Origin: Candidatus Nanoarchaeia archaeon
GTDB taxonomy: Archaea; Nanobdellota; Nanobdellia; SCGC-AAA011-G17; DATDVL01
DNA length: 64,000 nucleotides
Direction: 5' to 3'
Assembly: GCA_035289925.1 (NCBI GenBank)
Contig: DATDVR010000006.1
Coordinates: 92,018 to 156,017 of the forward strand
A program made the translations under genes and the position numbers. Below, piece after piece: positions 17,154-27,400 of the stretch. The stretch's first letter is position 1. Each line of letters starts with the position of its first letter. The notes beneath the pieces were generated by a model. It saw only the letters and a list, made by a program, of their open reading frames with translations, ran no database searches and had not been told where the DNA came from.

Positions 17154-18999
17154 TTTTGCTCCAGAACCGTAATGTTGGAATTGGAATGTTATATAAATTG
17201 GCAACATCTTTTATGGACCAGCCAGAATAGACCCTGCCTAAAACGTCCATCTTAAACTGTTGGTCATATCTTCTATAAGTCGGAGGTATCCTCGCCAGTA
17301 CTGTATTCTTAGATAGTTTTAGTTTTTTTGTTATCTGTTTTATAGTTAAACCCCGTCTTCTTAGTTCATCTATTTTAGAATATGCTTCTACAAGTCTTTT
17401 TTGATTTGCATGATATTTTTTGCCTTCTATTGCGATGTTATGTAAGGAATTATTCTTATCAAATGCATAAGTAATGTTGATGCCGTTTAATAAGTTGGAT
17501 AATTGCTCATAAGAGGTGGCTAATTTAAAAGAATATCGTGCAGCAGACACTTTTTCTCCTTTTAAAGTTTTAATATATTCTTTGCTTTTCTTAGTACTAG
17601 ATGTTTTAACGTTGTTCTTATTAAGAAATGTTTTTATTTCGTCCAGGAAGGCTAGGTGCTCTCTTTCAAATTTATTTATTTTTGCCATTAAAAAATGTGG
17701 GCTATTTGATATGTTTTTTATATTCCCATATAGTTCTGCCGATATTAAGGAACTGAAAAATTCTTTCTCTATAACACTAGAACCATGAATCCAGTTTGGG
17801 ACTTTAAAGGGTTGAGCGACCTTATCATTCTTTGGAACCCCTAATGCAATAAACAACCTAGCAAGATTGGTGTTATTTATTGAGGCTTCAATCCCTTTTT
17901 CAGTCTTTCTTATTTTACAATTTTTCTTTATATCTTCTCCGAATACTTTTTTTGCATCATCTAGGAAAGCGGAGATGTCATTTCCCGCCTTGAGACCCGC
18001 ACTAAAATAAATCCTCCTTATATTAACACCGCCATCGCCGAACAAAACTCCGGATAATCTTGCTAATAATGGCAGACGCAAGTCGTCTCTTGCTAAAGGG
18101 CATATCTTTTTAGAAACGAGATATTCAACTGCCTTTATTGCTCTTGGCTTTGCCCCTTTGATCCAGTTCCTTATAGTACTTTCGTCTACTTCTAATAATT
18201 TTGCTAAATCTTTTTTTAACATATTTTCTGAGAGCTTACAATAAGCTAGATAAGCATACGCAATTCGTTTTTGCTCTTTTGAATAAGTTTCTATGATGTC
18301 TATTTCATTAAAGATTACTTCTTCATCACCATTGTAGCAAACAATATTGTCTGCCGTGTTTAGATTGCCTGCCTTTTCCATACCTTTTATTGTCAGTAGG
18401 GGGTGGTCTGGGGTTACTTTTATTTTAGTTCCATCGTCAAGCTCAATCTCTATAACCTCCCCACAGTATTTAGTCTTATAAAGAACTAAAGGGATATCTT
18501 TCTGAAACTGGGTATTAAACGAAAGGATTTTGTCATTCTGTGAGAGAGGAGAAGAAAGTGTTCTATTTTGGCCTATTCTAACCAATTGCTTTTTTGACAA
18601 ACTGTTTTCTATATAATCCCCTATAGGGGTGTATTTGCCATTAATATGTACTGGCGTGTCTGGAGTCAAACAAGGAACAGCTTCAGTTCTTACCATAGCA
18701 CCAGAACTTCTTTCAGACTGACCCGTAATAGGATATTTTTTCTCCTGCATGGCTGTTAAAAGTTCCTGCTGAGATTGTGGCTGTAAATTTCCAATTTCGT
18801 CTATAAACAAGACTCCTTTGTTTGCACGATGGATCATTCCTGCTATAACACGTTCGTGTGCGGGGGTGCCTAAACCGCCTGAGTTTTTAACTAGAATTTT
18901 ATTAGCAAACAAGTTGCCTGAGGATGTTGTTAAGTTGTATAAATAACCATTATAAGGGATTTTTTCTACTTTCTTGACGCGTTCTGGTTTTAAGTGCAT
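17140..18999 (-). CDS. lon: LonB part 2: IntC of intein 1 (39 aa), 70-aa extein, N-part of intein 2 (510 aa, LAGLIDADG and HTH)
   Basis: ...ILVKN|SGGLGTP...FIDEI...TEAVP|CLTPDT; LSGVLFGDG. Confidence 0.9.
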   Translation of the reverse strand: MHLKPERVKKVEKIPYNGYLYNLTTSSGNLFANKILVKNSGGLGTPAHERVIAGMIHRANKGVLFIDEIGNLQPQSQQELLTAMQEKKYPITGQSERSSGAMVRTEAVPCLTPDTPVHINGKYTPIGDYIENSLSKKQLVRIGQNRTLSSPLSQNDKILSFNTQFQKDIPLVLYKTKYCGEVIEIELDDGTKIKVTPDHPLLTIKGMEKAGNLNTADNIVCYNGDEEVIFNEIDIIETYSKEQKRIAYAYLAYCKLSENMLKKDLAKLLEVDESTIRNWIKGAKPRAIKAVEYLVSKKICPLARDDLRLPLLARLSGVLFGDGGVNIRRIYFSAGLKAGNDISAFLDDAKKVFGEDIKKNCKIRKTEKGIEASINNTNLARLFIALGVPKNDKVAQPFKVPNWIHGSSVIEKEFFSSLISAELYGNIKNISNSPHFLMAKINKFEREHLAFLDEIKTFLNKNNVKTSSTKKSKEYIKTLKGEKVSAARYSFKLATSYEQLSNLLNGINITYAFDKNNSLHNIAIEGKKYHANQKRLVEAYSKIDELRRRGLTIKQITKKLKLSKNTVLARIPPTYRRYDQQFKMDVLGRVYSGWSIKDVANLYNIPIPTLRFWSKNENK

Positions 19000-19043
19000 A
19001 ATACTTAGAAGGTAGATGAGTTTTTAAAGATTTTGTTGGGTTT

Positions 19044-19175
19044 GGCTCTGTTGAAAATCTCAGTTTAGTTGTAACATTTAAGCTATAATATTCTTCAATT
19101 TACTAGTGAGCGACTATTTATACGAACCTTCTATTGTAAAGAGATGTAGCTTTTCTAGACATTTTCAACAACACC
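19044..19175. mobile_element. 132-bp MITE copy 1, related to the IS at 4195
   Basis: Ends GGCTCTGTTGAAAAT / ATTTTCAACAACACC; 9-bp TSD GTTGGGTTT. Confidence 0.92.
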
Positions 19176-19190
19176 GTTGGGTTTGTTAAT

Positions 19191-19676
19191 TTACTTTCTA
19201 AAACAGAAAAAGGCAATTGCAACTGCTAAAACAGAGCCAAAAACAAACAAGTAATTTCTTGCCGAAGCATCAGCGACATTATAAATGGAGGCTCCTGTAA
19301 TTGAAGGAATAAATAAGGAGGAAACTAAGACGGAAAAAAGGAGAATAGACGGTAGATAAGAAGGTTTCTTCCTTTTTACTAAAGTGTCTCCAATTCTAGT
19401 AAAGTCCCTATAAGTGACATCCCCTCTTTGAAATGCGGTATATGCCTTATTCAACCGGTCTAGACTTCTTATAAAGGCCCTTTCGTCTCGTGGATTATCA
19501 AATCCTTTAAAGTTTGCACGGTCAAAATTGGGGGCCATGTAAAGGATAAGTTCCCTGCGGTACCTGAGAAATTCTTTATCTGTGGGTTCCTTTCTTTCTT
19601 GAGACTGGAAGAATTCTTCTACTTTATTTAATATTCTTTCTAGCTTTCCTTTTTCCTTAACGTTTATTACCCTCAT
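19191..19676 (-). CDS. Hypothetical protein with C-terminal SITG TM hairpin, between the split-intein halves
   Basis: 161 aa; own TATA; C-terminus similar to 12907..13437. Confidence 0.65.
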   Translation of the reverse strand: MRVINVKEKGKLERILNKVEEFFQSQERKEPTDKEFLRYRRELILYMAPNFDRANFKGFDNPRDERAFIRSLDRLNKAYTAFQRGDVTYRDFTRIGDTLVKRKKPSYLPSILLFSVLVSSLFIPSITGASIYNVADASARNYLFVFGSVLAVAIAFFCFRK

Positions 19677-19711
19677 AGTAGTTTTTAGATGAAAGAGGTA
19701 TTTAAAATTAT

Positions 19712-20722
19712 CTAACTATCTAATGTTAAAACTTTGTGCCAAGGCCTAATTTTGTCTGCATTTATATATTTTATTTGATTAAAGATAGTTTTTACAGCCA
19801 CTTTATGCTCTGGTGTTACAATTAATTCTTTTCCATATTCTGTTGTTATTTTAATTAAATTTCCTTTTCTTTTGTGTTTGTTTACTGATAAAACCTCTAC
19901 AGCTTCAATTTTGTTGTTTTTCTCACCAAGGATAGTTAATTCCTTATTTGAAAGGAATACCGCATTATAACTTCCTTTTTTAATTAAGTCTTTCTTATGT
20001 TTTTTTAATAATTGATCAACAACATCAAATTTTGTATATTGTAGTAAATATTGATTATTTTTTGTTGGTTGTAAAACTATTATGTCATCACTGTAGGATG
20101 ATAAAAAACATTGCAGAGGATCGTGAAGTACGTCCCCGAGTAAAGAACCTGCATGAGCGCCAGTAGCGTCTACAAAAGGAGCTTTGTCCTTGTCTGAAGA
20201 ATCAATAAGTAATTTTGGGATTCCAGATGTATTTGTTTTCATTCTTCTAGCCATGTTGATATAAATTACAAAAACTGCCAAAAAAATCATTGAGCTTACC
20301 AAAGCAGCAGCTGCCAATATATCCCCATACTGCTTTCTAATCCACCAAGGAGAGAAAAGTGACAATAAAACTAGGAAAAAGAAAAGGAAGTTTTGGGATT
20401 TAAATGAAGAGTTTAGTTGTAGTTTAGTTTGGTCTATCAGCTGCTTGCCTTTGCCTTTAGGCATTGTCCTGACCAAAGGAACATTTTCATCACTTGAATT
20501 TGGAAAAATAAGAACGTCAAGCAATTTTTCTTTCGGCAATAACTCTGCCAAGGCTTGACCTGTCAAAGATTTTCCAGTGCCTGGCTCTCCAATCAATAAA
20601 ACATTTCTGCGTTGTTTTGCTGCTTTCTTGATTATCTCTACAGCCTCTTCCTGGCCTATAATCTGGTCTACTGTGCTCTTAGAGATATTAATATCTGCTG
20701 TAGTTTTGTAGTTTAATGGCAT
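19712..20722 (-). CDS. lon: LonB part 1: 204-aa N-extein plus 132-aa IntN
   Basis: GEPGTGKS Walker A, two TM helices, HDPLQ|CFL...VTPEHK...ADKIRPWHKV. Confidence 0.92.
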   Translation of the reverse strand: MPLNYKTTADINISKSTVDQIIGQEEAVEIIKKAAKQRRNVLLIGEPGTGKSLTGQALAELLPKEKLLDVLIFPNSSDENVPLVRTMPKGKGKQLIDQTKLQLNSSFKSQNFLFFFLVLLSLFSPWWIRKQYGDILAAAALVSSMIFLAVFVIYINMARRMKTNTSGIPKLLIDSSDKDKAPFVDATGAHAGSLLGDVLHDPLQCFLSSYSDDIIVLQPTKNNQYLLQYTKFDVVDQLLKKHKKDLIKKGSYNAVFLSNKELTILGEKNNKIEAVEVLSVNKHKRKGNLIKITTEYGKELIVTPEHKVAVKTIFNQIKYINADKIRPWHKVLTLDS

Positions 20723-20757
20723 TTTTTAGTTAAATGAAAGAAAGTATATAAACGTTT

Positions 20758-21021
20758 TTAAATGATGTCTTCTTCAGCAACAACTACGAAATCACCTACT
20801 GCTATAACTGCGGAGAATGGAATTGTTAATTCATTGTTCTGGTTTTTTTCTAAATCTAATCCTTCTGCGTAGCTTGTTGGGTTTCTCAAAATAATTTGTA
20901 TTAATTCTCCTGTTCTTGTTTCAAAAGTAATGTTTGAGACTTCACCAAACCTTTTTCCAGATTTTGTAACAACAGTCTTACCTAAAAGCTGCTTAGAATA
21001 CTTCTTGTCGTCTTCTGCCAT
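20758..21021 (-). CDS. PRC-barrel domain protein (CdpB-like)
   Basis: LLGKTVVTKSGKRFGEV...IPFSAVIAVGDFVVV. Confidence 0.85.
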   Translation of the reverse strand: MAEDDKKYSKQLLGKTVVTKSGKRFGEVSNITFETRTGELIQIILRNPTSYAEGLDLEKNQNNELTIPFSAVIAVGDFVVVAEEDII

Positions 21022-21107
21022 GGTTTTATTTTATGTAAGGTTATTTATAAAGGTTTCGTGTTTTTGTGGTTATTATTAGGAAATATAAGTAAAAAATTTG
21101 ACCTATA

Positions 21108-21531
21108 GTTCTATTGGAGTTTTTTAATTAAAGTTTTAGTTTTTTGTGGTTTAACCCACCTACCCTGTGGTTTCTTATGGAGAATGTGAATTTGAAATTT
21201 GTTGTTTTTTAGATTGGAAAAATGAAAAAAAGGTATATAATTATAGTATTATTTAAAGAAAAAATTGTATTTTGAATTTATTTTGAAAAAACGCTATTTT
21301 GTGTTTATAGAGTCTAGAAAGTTATTATATTATATATAATATAATTATTATTTATATTATATATTTTAAGCTTTTCGGTGATGTAATATAAGATATGATA
21401 AAATAATATAATAAAAAGTTTATTTTATAATAATGATTTTTGAGATTTCTAAAGGAAATTAAGGTGTTTTTTAGTTATATTAAAAAATTTTCACAAAAAA
21501 CAAAACAATTCCAATATTTTCCAAACGAAAT
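21108..21531. other. Predicted replication origin (oriC)
   Basis: Mini-ORB-like TCCA-N3-GAAA motifs inverted on the left (21108, 21170) and forward on the right (21446, 21519) of a very AT-rich core, upstream of cdc6. Confidence 0.7.
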
Positions 21532-21585
21532 ATAGGTCTGAGTGTATAAATGTTTAAATAGTTGTTGACAATTAGATAGAAAACT

Positions 21586-22797
21586 ATGGGGGATGACTTA
21601 ACACTTTTCTTAGAAAATTTTATCAAGAAAGAACCAATTTTCGACGATAAAAAAGCCCTACAGTCAAATTACACACCAATTAATGTTCCTTATAGGAATA
21701 AACAAATTCAACAAATAGCTGGAATTTTCGCTCCGGCATTAAGACTTGAAAAACCTTCTAATCTTTTTATTTATGGAAAAACCGGAACCGGAAAAACAGT
21801 TTCTGTGAAACACACAACAAATACAATCATGGAAATTGCGAATAGAAACAATTTGCCATTGAAAGTCATTTATATCAACTGCAAATTAAAAAGAGTCGCC
21901 GACACAGAATATAGGCTTGTTGCTCAGTTAGCTTATGAGTTCGGCAAAGACGTTCCTGCAACTGGGTTGCCAACAGACGAAGTTTATAAGATTTTCTTGA
22001 AGGTACTTGACAGCGAGAAAAAAGTAGTTATATTAATTTTGGATGAGATTGACCAATTAGTGAATAAAGTTGGGGATGGAATCTTATATAATCTAACAAG
22101 AATAAATTCTGAACTTAAAAACAGCCAGATTTCAATAATAGGCATAAGCAACGATCTTATGTTTGCAGACAATATTGATCCAAGAGTGAAAAGCAGCCTT
22201 AGCGAAGAAGAATTAGTTTTCCCACCATACAACGCTATACAACTGCAAAAAATACTTAGAGAAAGAGCAAAAATAGCTTTCAGGGGCGGAGTTGTTGCTG
22301 AAGGTGTGATTGAAAAATGCGCAGCTTATGCTGCAAGAGAACATGGGGATGCAAGAAGAGCTTTAGAATTACTGAGAGTTGCTGGCGAGATTGCAGAAAG
22401 AAAAAATGAAAACAATCTTTTAGTTGAGCATATAGATGAAGCTGAAGAAAAAATCGAGAGAGACAGAGTTTTGGACATAATAACAACGCAGCCAAAACAA
22501 TTCAAACTAACTTTATACTCTATTTTGACAACGTGCAGCGATAGCAAAGGAGACAAACAGATATTTACTGGCGATGTTTATGAAGTGTACAAAGATGCAT
22601 GCGCAAAAACAGGAGTAAAACCTTTGACACAAAGAAGGGTTTCTGATATAATTGCAGAACTTGACATGCTGGGCATTATAAGCGCGAGAGTAATAAGCAA
22701 AGGAAGATATGGAAGGACAAAAGAAATTTCGCTTGCAATACATCCTTCGATACTGCCAAAGACTAGCGAGGCATTGAAAGAAGGGCTGAATTTATGA
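21586..22797 (+). CDS. cdc6: Orc1/Cdc6 replication initiator
   Basis: GKTGTGKT, ILDEID, HGDARRAL, C-terminal winged helix. Confidence 0.97.
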   Translation: MGDDLTLFLENFIKKEPIFDDKKALQSNYTPINVPYRNKQIQQIAGIFAPALRLEKPSNLFIYGKTGTGKTVSVKHTTNTIMEIANRNNLPLKVIYINCKLKRVADTEYRLVAQLAYEFGKDVPATGLPTDEVYKIFLKVLDSEKKVVILILDEIDQLVNKVGDGILYNLTRINSELKNSQISIIGISNDLMFADNIDPRVKSSLSEEELVFPPYNAIQLQKILRERAKIAFRGGVVAEGVIEKCAAYAAREHGDARRALELLRVAGEIAERKNENNLLVEHIDEAEEKIERDRVLDIITTQPKQFKLTLYSILTTCSDSKGDKQIFTGDVYEVYKDACAKTGVKPLTQRRVSDIIAELDMLGIISARVISKGRYGRTKEISLAIHPSILPKTSEALKEGLNL

Positions 22798-24431
22798 GCG
22801 AAGTAGTTAAATTATTTTTAAACAAAGGATTTTTGATTAGCCCAGACTTTGTCGGCATTGAGAACTTTAAAAATGAAGTTTTCATTGAAAGGCTTGATGA
22901 GTTCAACAAGAAAGAAGGGCCAATCGTTCTGAACAAAGACTTGTTTAAAGTTTTCAGCAATGGAGGAATAAGCTCTGAACTGAACTGGCTCGAGTTTGAA
23001 AGGTCAAAAGCATTGCACGAAAAAGGCAAGAAAAATAAAATTTACGATACTTTTCTAGAAATACTAAATTATAGCTCTGATCCAAAAATGCAAGAGAAAG
23101 TCAGCCTTGTGCTTGAAGAAGTGAAGAAAGAAGAGGAAAAAGTAATCATTGAAAAGCAGCAGGAGAATGGGAACAATGTAATAATATTAAAAAGCTTTAA
23201 GGATGATGCTAAAAAAAGAGGAGTAGCTGATTTCACAAACCATTTCAGAGTAAGATATGAAGGCTTAAGAAATTTGTTGATGAACAGGGCAGAGCTACAG
23301 AACCTTACTTCAATAAGCAGGATAAAAGGAAAAGAAGGAAGAGAGCAGGTTTCATTGATTGGAATGGTTTTTGACAAGAGGGAAACAAAAAATGGAAATA
23401 TCTTACTTGTAATAGAAGACTTGAGCGGAAGCATAAATGTCCTTGTCAACAAAGACAAATCTTTATTCAGGGCTGCAAAGGACATCTGCTTTGACGAAGT
23501 CATTGGAATAAGCGGCACTGTTGGTGATAACATATTATTTGCAAACAGCTTAGTTTTTCCAGATGTTCCGTTAACAAATCCACTGAAAAAATCAAAAGAT
23601 GATGTTTATGCTGCAGTAATTTCTGATACACAGATTGGCTCTAAGAATTTTTTGCATGAAGAATTTTTAAAATTCATAAAATGGATAAATGGAGAAGTTG
23701 GAAGCGACGACCAGAAGGAGATTGCTGGTAAGATAAAATATCTGTTTGTTCCTGGGGACGTTGTTGATGGCGTAGGAGTTTATCCCGGGCAGGAAAAAGA
23801 ACTGTTGATACCTGACATGATGAAGCAATATGAACTTTGCGCCAATCTTTTTGGACAGATAAGAAAGGATATCCAAATTATAATGGCTCCTGGGAACCAC
23901 GACGCTACAAGGACTGCTGAACCTCAGCTGCCAATGATAAATGAATGGACAAAAGGATTGAGAGAACTACCAAACATTCATATGGTAAGCAGCCCAGCAT
24001 GGGTGAACATACATTCTTCTGTTGATTTTCCTGGATTTAATGCCTTGATTTATCATGGAGCCAGCATAAAATATTATTCTGCAAATGTTGAAAGACTAAG
24101 ATTGGCAAAGGCAAAAGAAAATCCTGCAGAGACTGTCAAATATTTATTGCAGAAAAGACATTTGGCACCTACACATGCTTCTACAATTTATGTGCCTGAA
24201 ACTAAAGAAGATCCATTGATGATTGACAAGATACCTGACTTTGTAATCTGCGGGGATTTGCATTTGTTCGACAGCGATGTCTACAATGGGATAACGATAG
24301 TTAATTCTGCATGCTGGCAGTCAACAACCGCACACCAAATCAAAGGCGGATTCAGGAATGATGCTGGCAAAGTCACTTTGATAAACTTGAAAACAAGAGA
24401 CGTTAAAGTAATAAATTTTGTTAAAGAATGA
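22794..24431 (+). CDS. DNA polymerase D small subunit (DP1)
   Basis: OB fold plus calcineurin-like phosphoesterase (GDVVDG, GNHD, NSACWQ); between cdc6 and DP2. Confidence 0.93.
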   Translation: MSEVVKLFLNKGFLISPDFVGIENFKNEVFIERLDEFNKKEGPIVLNKDLFKVFSNGGISSELNWLEFERSKALHEKGKKNKIYDTFLEILNYSSDPKMQEKVSLVLEEVKKEEEKVIIEKQQENGNNVIILKSFKDDAKKRGVADFTNHFRVRYEGLRNLLMNRAELQNLTSISRIKGKEGREQVSLIGMVFDKRETKNGNILLVIEDLSGSINVLVNKDKSLFRAAKDICFDEVIGISGTVGDNILFANSLVFPDVPLTNPLKKSKDDVYAAVISDTQIGSKNFLHEEFLKFIKWINGEVGSDDQKEIAGKIKYLFVPGDVVDGVGVYPGQEKELLIPDMMKQYELCANLFGQIRKDIQIIMAPGNHDATRTAEPQLPMINEWTKGLRELPNIHMVSSPAWVNIHSSVDFPGFNALIYHGASIKYYSANVERLRLAKAKENPAETVKYLLQKRHLAPTHASTIYVPETKEDPLMIDKIPDFVICGDLHLFDSDVYNGITIVNSACWQSTTAHQIKGGFRNDAGKVTLINLKTRDVKVINFVKE

Positions 24432-27400
24432 AAGAATATTTTGAAAAGCTGGGCAATGAAGTGAAGAGAAGCTATGATATAGCTAGCGAAGCAAGAAAGA
24501 AAGGGCTTGATCCGAGCGGGGATGTTGAAGTCATGCTTGCATCAAAGATGGCTGAGAGAGTAAAAGGCATTGTAAGCACGGTTTCTCCTCAAATTGGCGA
24601 GAGCAAGATTGTTGAGAGAATTGATGAACTTGAAAAACAATATGGAGCGCAAGACTGGAGAGTTGCCTTTATATTGTCCTTGGAAGTTGCCCAAGAAAAG
24701 CTCTGCAAATTCAAAGACAAAAGAGAGGCTGCTGAAGTTGGATTAAGAGTCGGGCTTGCTTACCTTACAAACGGGGTTTTAAGCGCTCCTTTGGAAGGGT
24801 TTGTTCAATTAAAATTAAGAAAGAGAAAAAAAGACGGCAAAGAATACTGGGCGTTGTATTTTTCTGGTCCAATAAGAAGCGCAGGCACAACTGCAGTCTG
24901 TGTTTTTGCTGCTGTTGCGGATTATGTAAGAAAAGAACTTGGATATGCTGAATACGACCCTACTGAAGAAGAGGTTAATAGAATTGTATCTGAACTTTAT
25001 GATTTCCATGACAGAATAACTAATTTACAATACTTGCCTACTGAAGAAGAGATAACATTCATGGTTTCCAACTTGCCTATACAGATTGATGGAGATCCAA
25101 GCGAAACTATGGAAGTAAGCAATTTCAAGGATTTAGACAGGATTGATACTAACAGATTGAGAAATGGAGTTTGTTTAGTTGTTGGTGAAGGGCTATGCCA
25201 GAAGGCTGCAAAATTCTATTCTAAATTCAGCAACATGATGAAGGATTTTGGAATGGAAAGATGGAAATTTCTTGGAGATTATATTGCTCTGCAAAAAAAA
25301 TTGAGGGCAAAGGATGTCTCGAAAGACGATGTAAAAATAAAACCAGACTTTAACTTCATGAAAGATGTTGTCGCTGGCAGGCCAATATTCACACATCCAA
25401 TGGCAAAAGGTGGTTTTAGATTAAGATATGGAAGAAGCAGGGTCTCTGGATTTTCAGCACAGGCAATACATCCTGCTACGATGTGTATCCTTGACGGCTT
25501 TTTAGCTTCTGGCAGCCAATTAAAAGTTGAGAGGCCTGGAAAAGCATGCGTGCTTGGAAGCTGCGACACAATTGAAGGCCCAATTGTAAAACTAAAAGAT
25601 GGAAGCGTGGTATTTGCAGAAACTGAAGAGCAAGCAAAAAAAGTAAATGACTATGTTGAGGAAATATTATACTTAGGAGATTTGTTAATCAATTATGGAG
25701 ATTTTTTGAACAGAGGACATGTTCTAGTCCCTGCAGGCTATTGTGAAGAGTGGTGGCAACAGGAAGCAGAGCATCCTGAAAAAAATATTGATGTTGATAC
25801 TGCAATTGAACTTTGTAAAAAAGGAAAACCTTTGCATCCGAGATATACATTTCATTGGAACGACATAACAAGAGAACAATTTTTTAGTGTAATTGATTTG
25901 CTAAAAAAATCTTCAATAAAAGATGACAAAATAGTATTGCCTTTAGACTATAACATCAAAGATGACGTTGAGAATAAAGATCCAAAGAGAGCATTAGAAA
26001 TTCTTGGAGTGCCACATAGAGTTGTGATAAATGAGCATATGATAATTGAAGGAGACTGGGCGAAAGCTCTGCTGTTTACTTTAGGTGACTTTAATTTTGA
26101 ACCTAACGACAATGTTCTTGAAATGCTCAACAAGAAAAATAGCTTTTTGATAAGGGACAAGTCTGGAACTTTTATAGGTGCGAGAATGGGGAGGCCTGAA
26201 AAGGCAAAGATGAGAAAATTGAAAGGAAGCCCGCAGGCGTTGTTTCCTGTTGGAGCGCAAGGCGGAAGAATGAGAGACTTCAGATCTGCTTTAGAAAAAG
26301 GATTTGTCAAATCTGACTTCAATTTAAGAAAATGCGAGAAGTGCAACCAGGAAACAGTATACAAGCTATGCGAGACCTGCGGAAATGAAACAAAGCAGCT
26401 TTATTATTGCGACGAATGCAAAATAGTAAAAGACAAAAAATGCCATGAAAGAAGCTTCACATACAGCAGCCAGAAACTTGACATACACAAATACTTCAAT
26501 AAAGCCTTGGAAATCATAGGAACAAGAGAATATCCAGAATTAATCAAAGGAGTAAAGGGAACTATGAATGAAGACCATACTCCTGAGAATCTTGTAAAAG
26601 GAATTTTAAGAGCAATGAATGGACTTTATGTGAATAAGGATGGTACTATAAGATATGACATGACTGAAACTCCTATAACACATTTCAAACCTAAGGAAAT
26701 TGGAACTTCTGTTGCAAAATTGAAAGAACTTGGATATGAAAAAGACTGCTATGGAGTAGATTTGGTAAGCGAAGAACAGATATGCGAATTGAAAGTTCAA
26801 GACTTGATACTACCTGCATGCCCTGACAGTCTTGAAGAAGGGGCTGATGAAGTTTTATTCAGAATTGGGAAGTTTGTCGATGACCTGATGGAAAAATTCT
26901 ACAAATTGCCAAGATTTTACAACTTTAAAACAAAAAAGGATATTGTTGGAAGCCTGGTTTTAGGATTGAGCCCGCACACTTCTGCAGGCATTGTAGGAAG
27001 AGTAATAGGTTTTTCAAAAACTCAGGGATTCTTGGCACATCCTACCTACCATTCGATAATGAGGCGCGATTGTGACGGAGATGAAGCCTGCATAATATTG
27101 CTTATGGACGCCCTTATCAATTTTTCAAGAGGATTTTTGCCTGCACATAGAGGAGGAAAGCAGGATGAACCTCTAGTATTGACTACAAAAATAATACCTA
27201 AGGAAGTAGATGACATGGTATTTGATATGGACATCTGCTGGAAATATCCTTTGCAACTTTACAATGCAGCATTGGAATATAAAAGCCCAAAGGAAGTCAA
27301 GATTGAAAAATTAGGGATGTTTTTAGGAACACCAAGAGAATATGAAGGCTATGGATTTACACATGACACTTCAGACTTTAATAATGGTGTAAAATGCAGC

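Noticed and set aside
16011-20722. Lon as a simple pseudogene
   Set aside because: Breaks fall only inside inteins, all exteins and catalytic residues are intact, and part 2 has its own promoter; not fully excluded.
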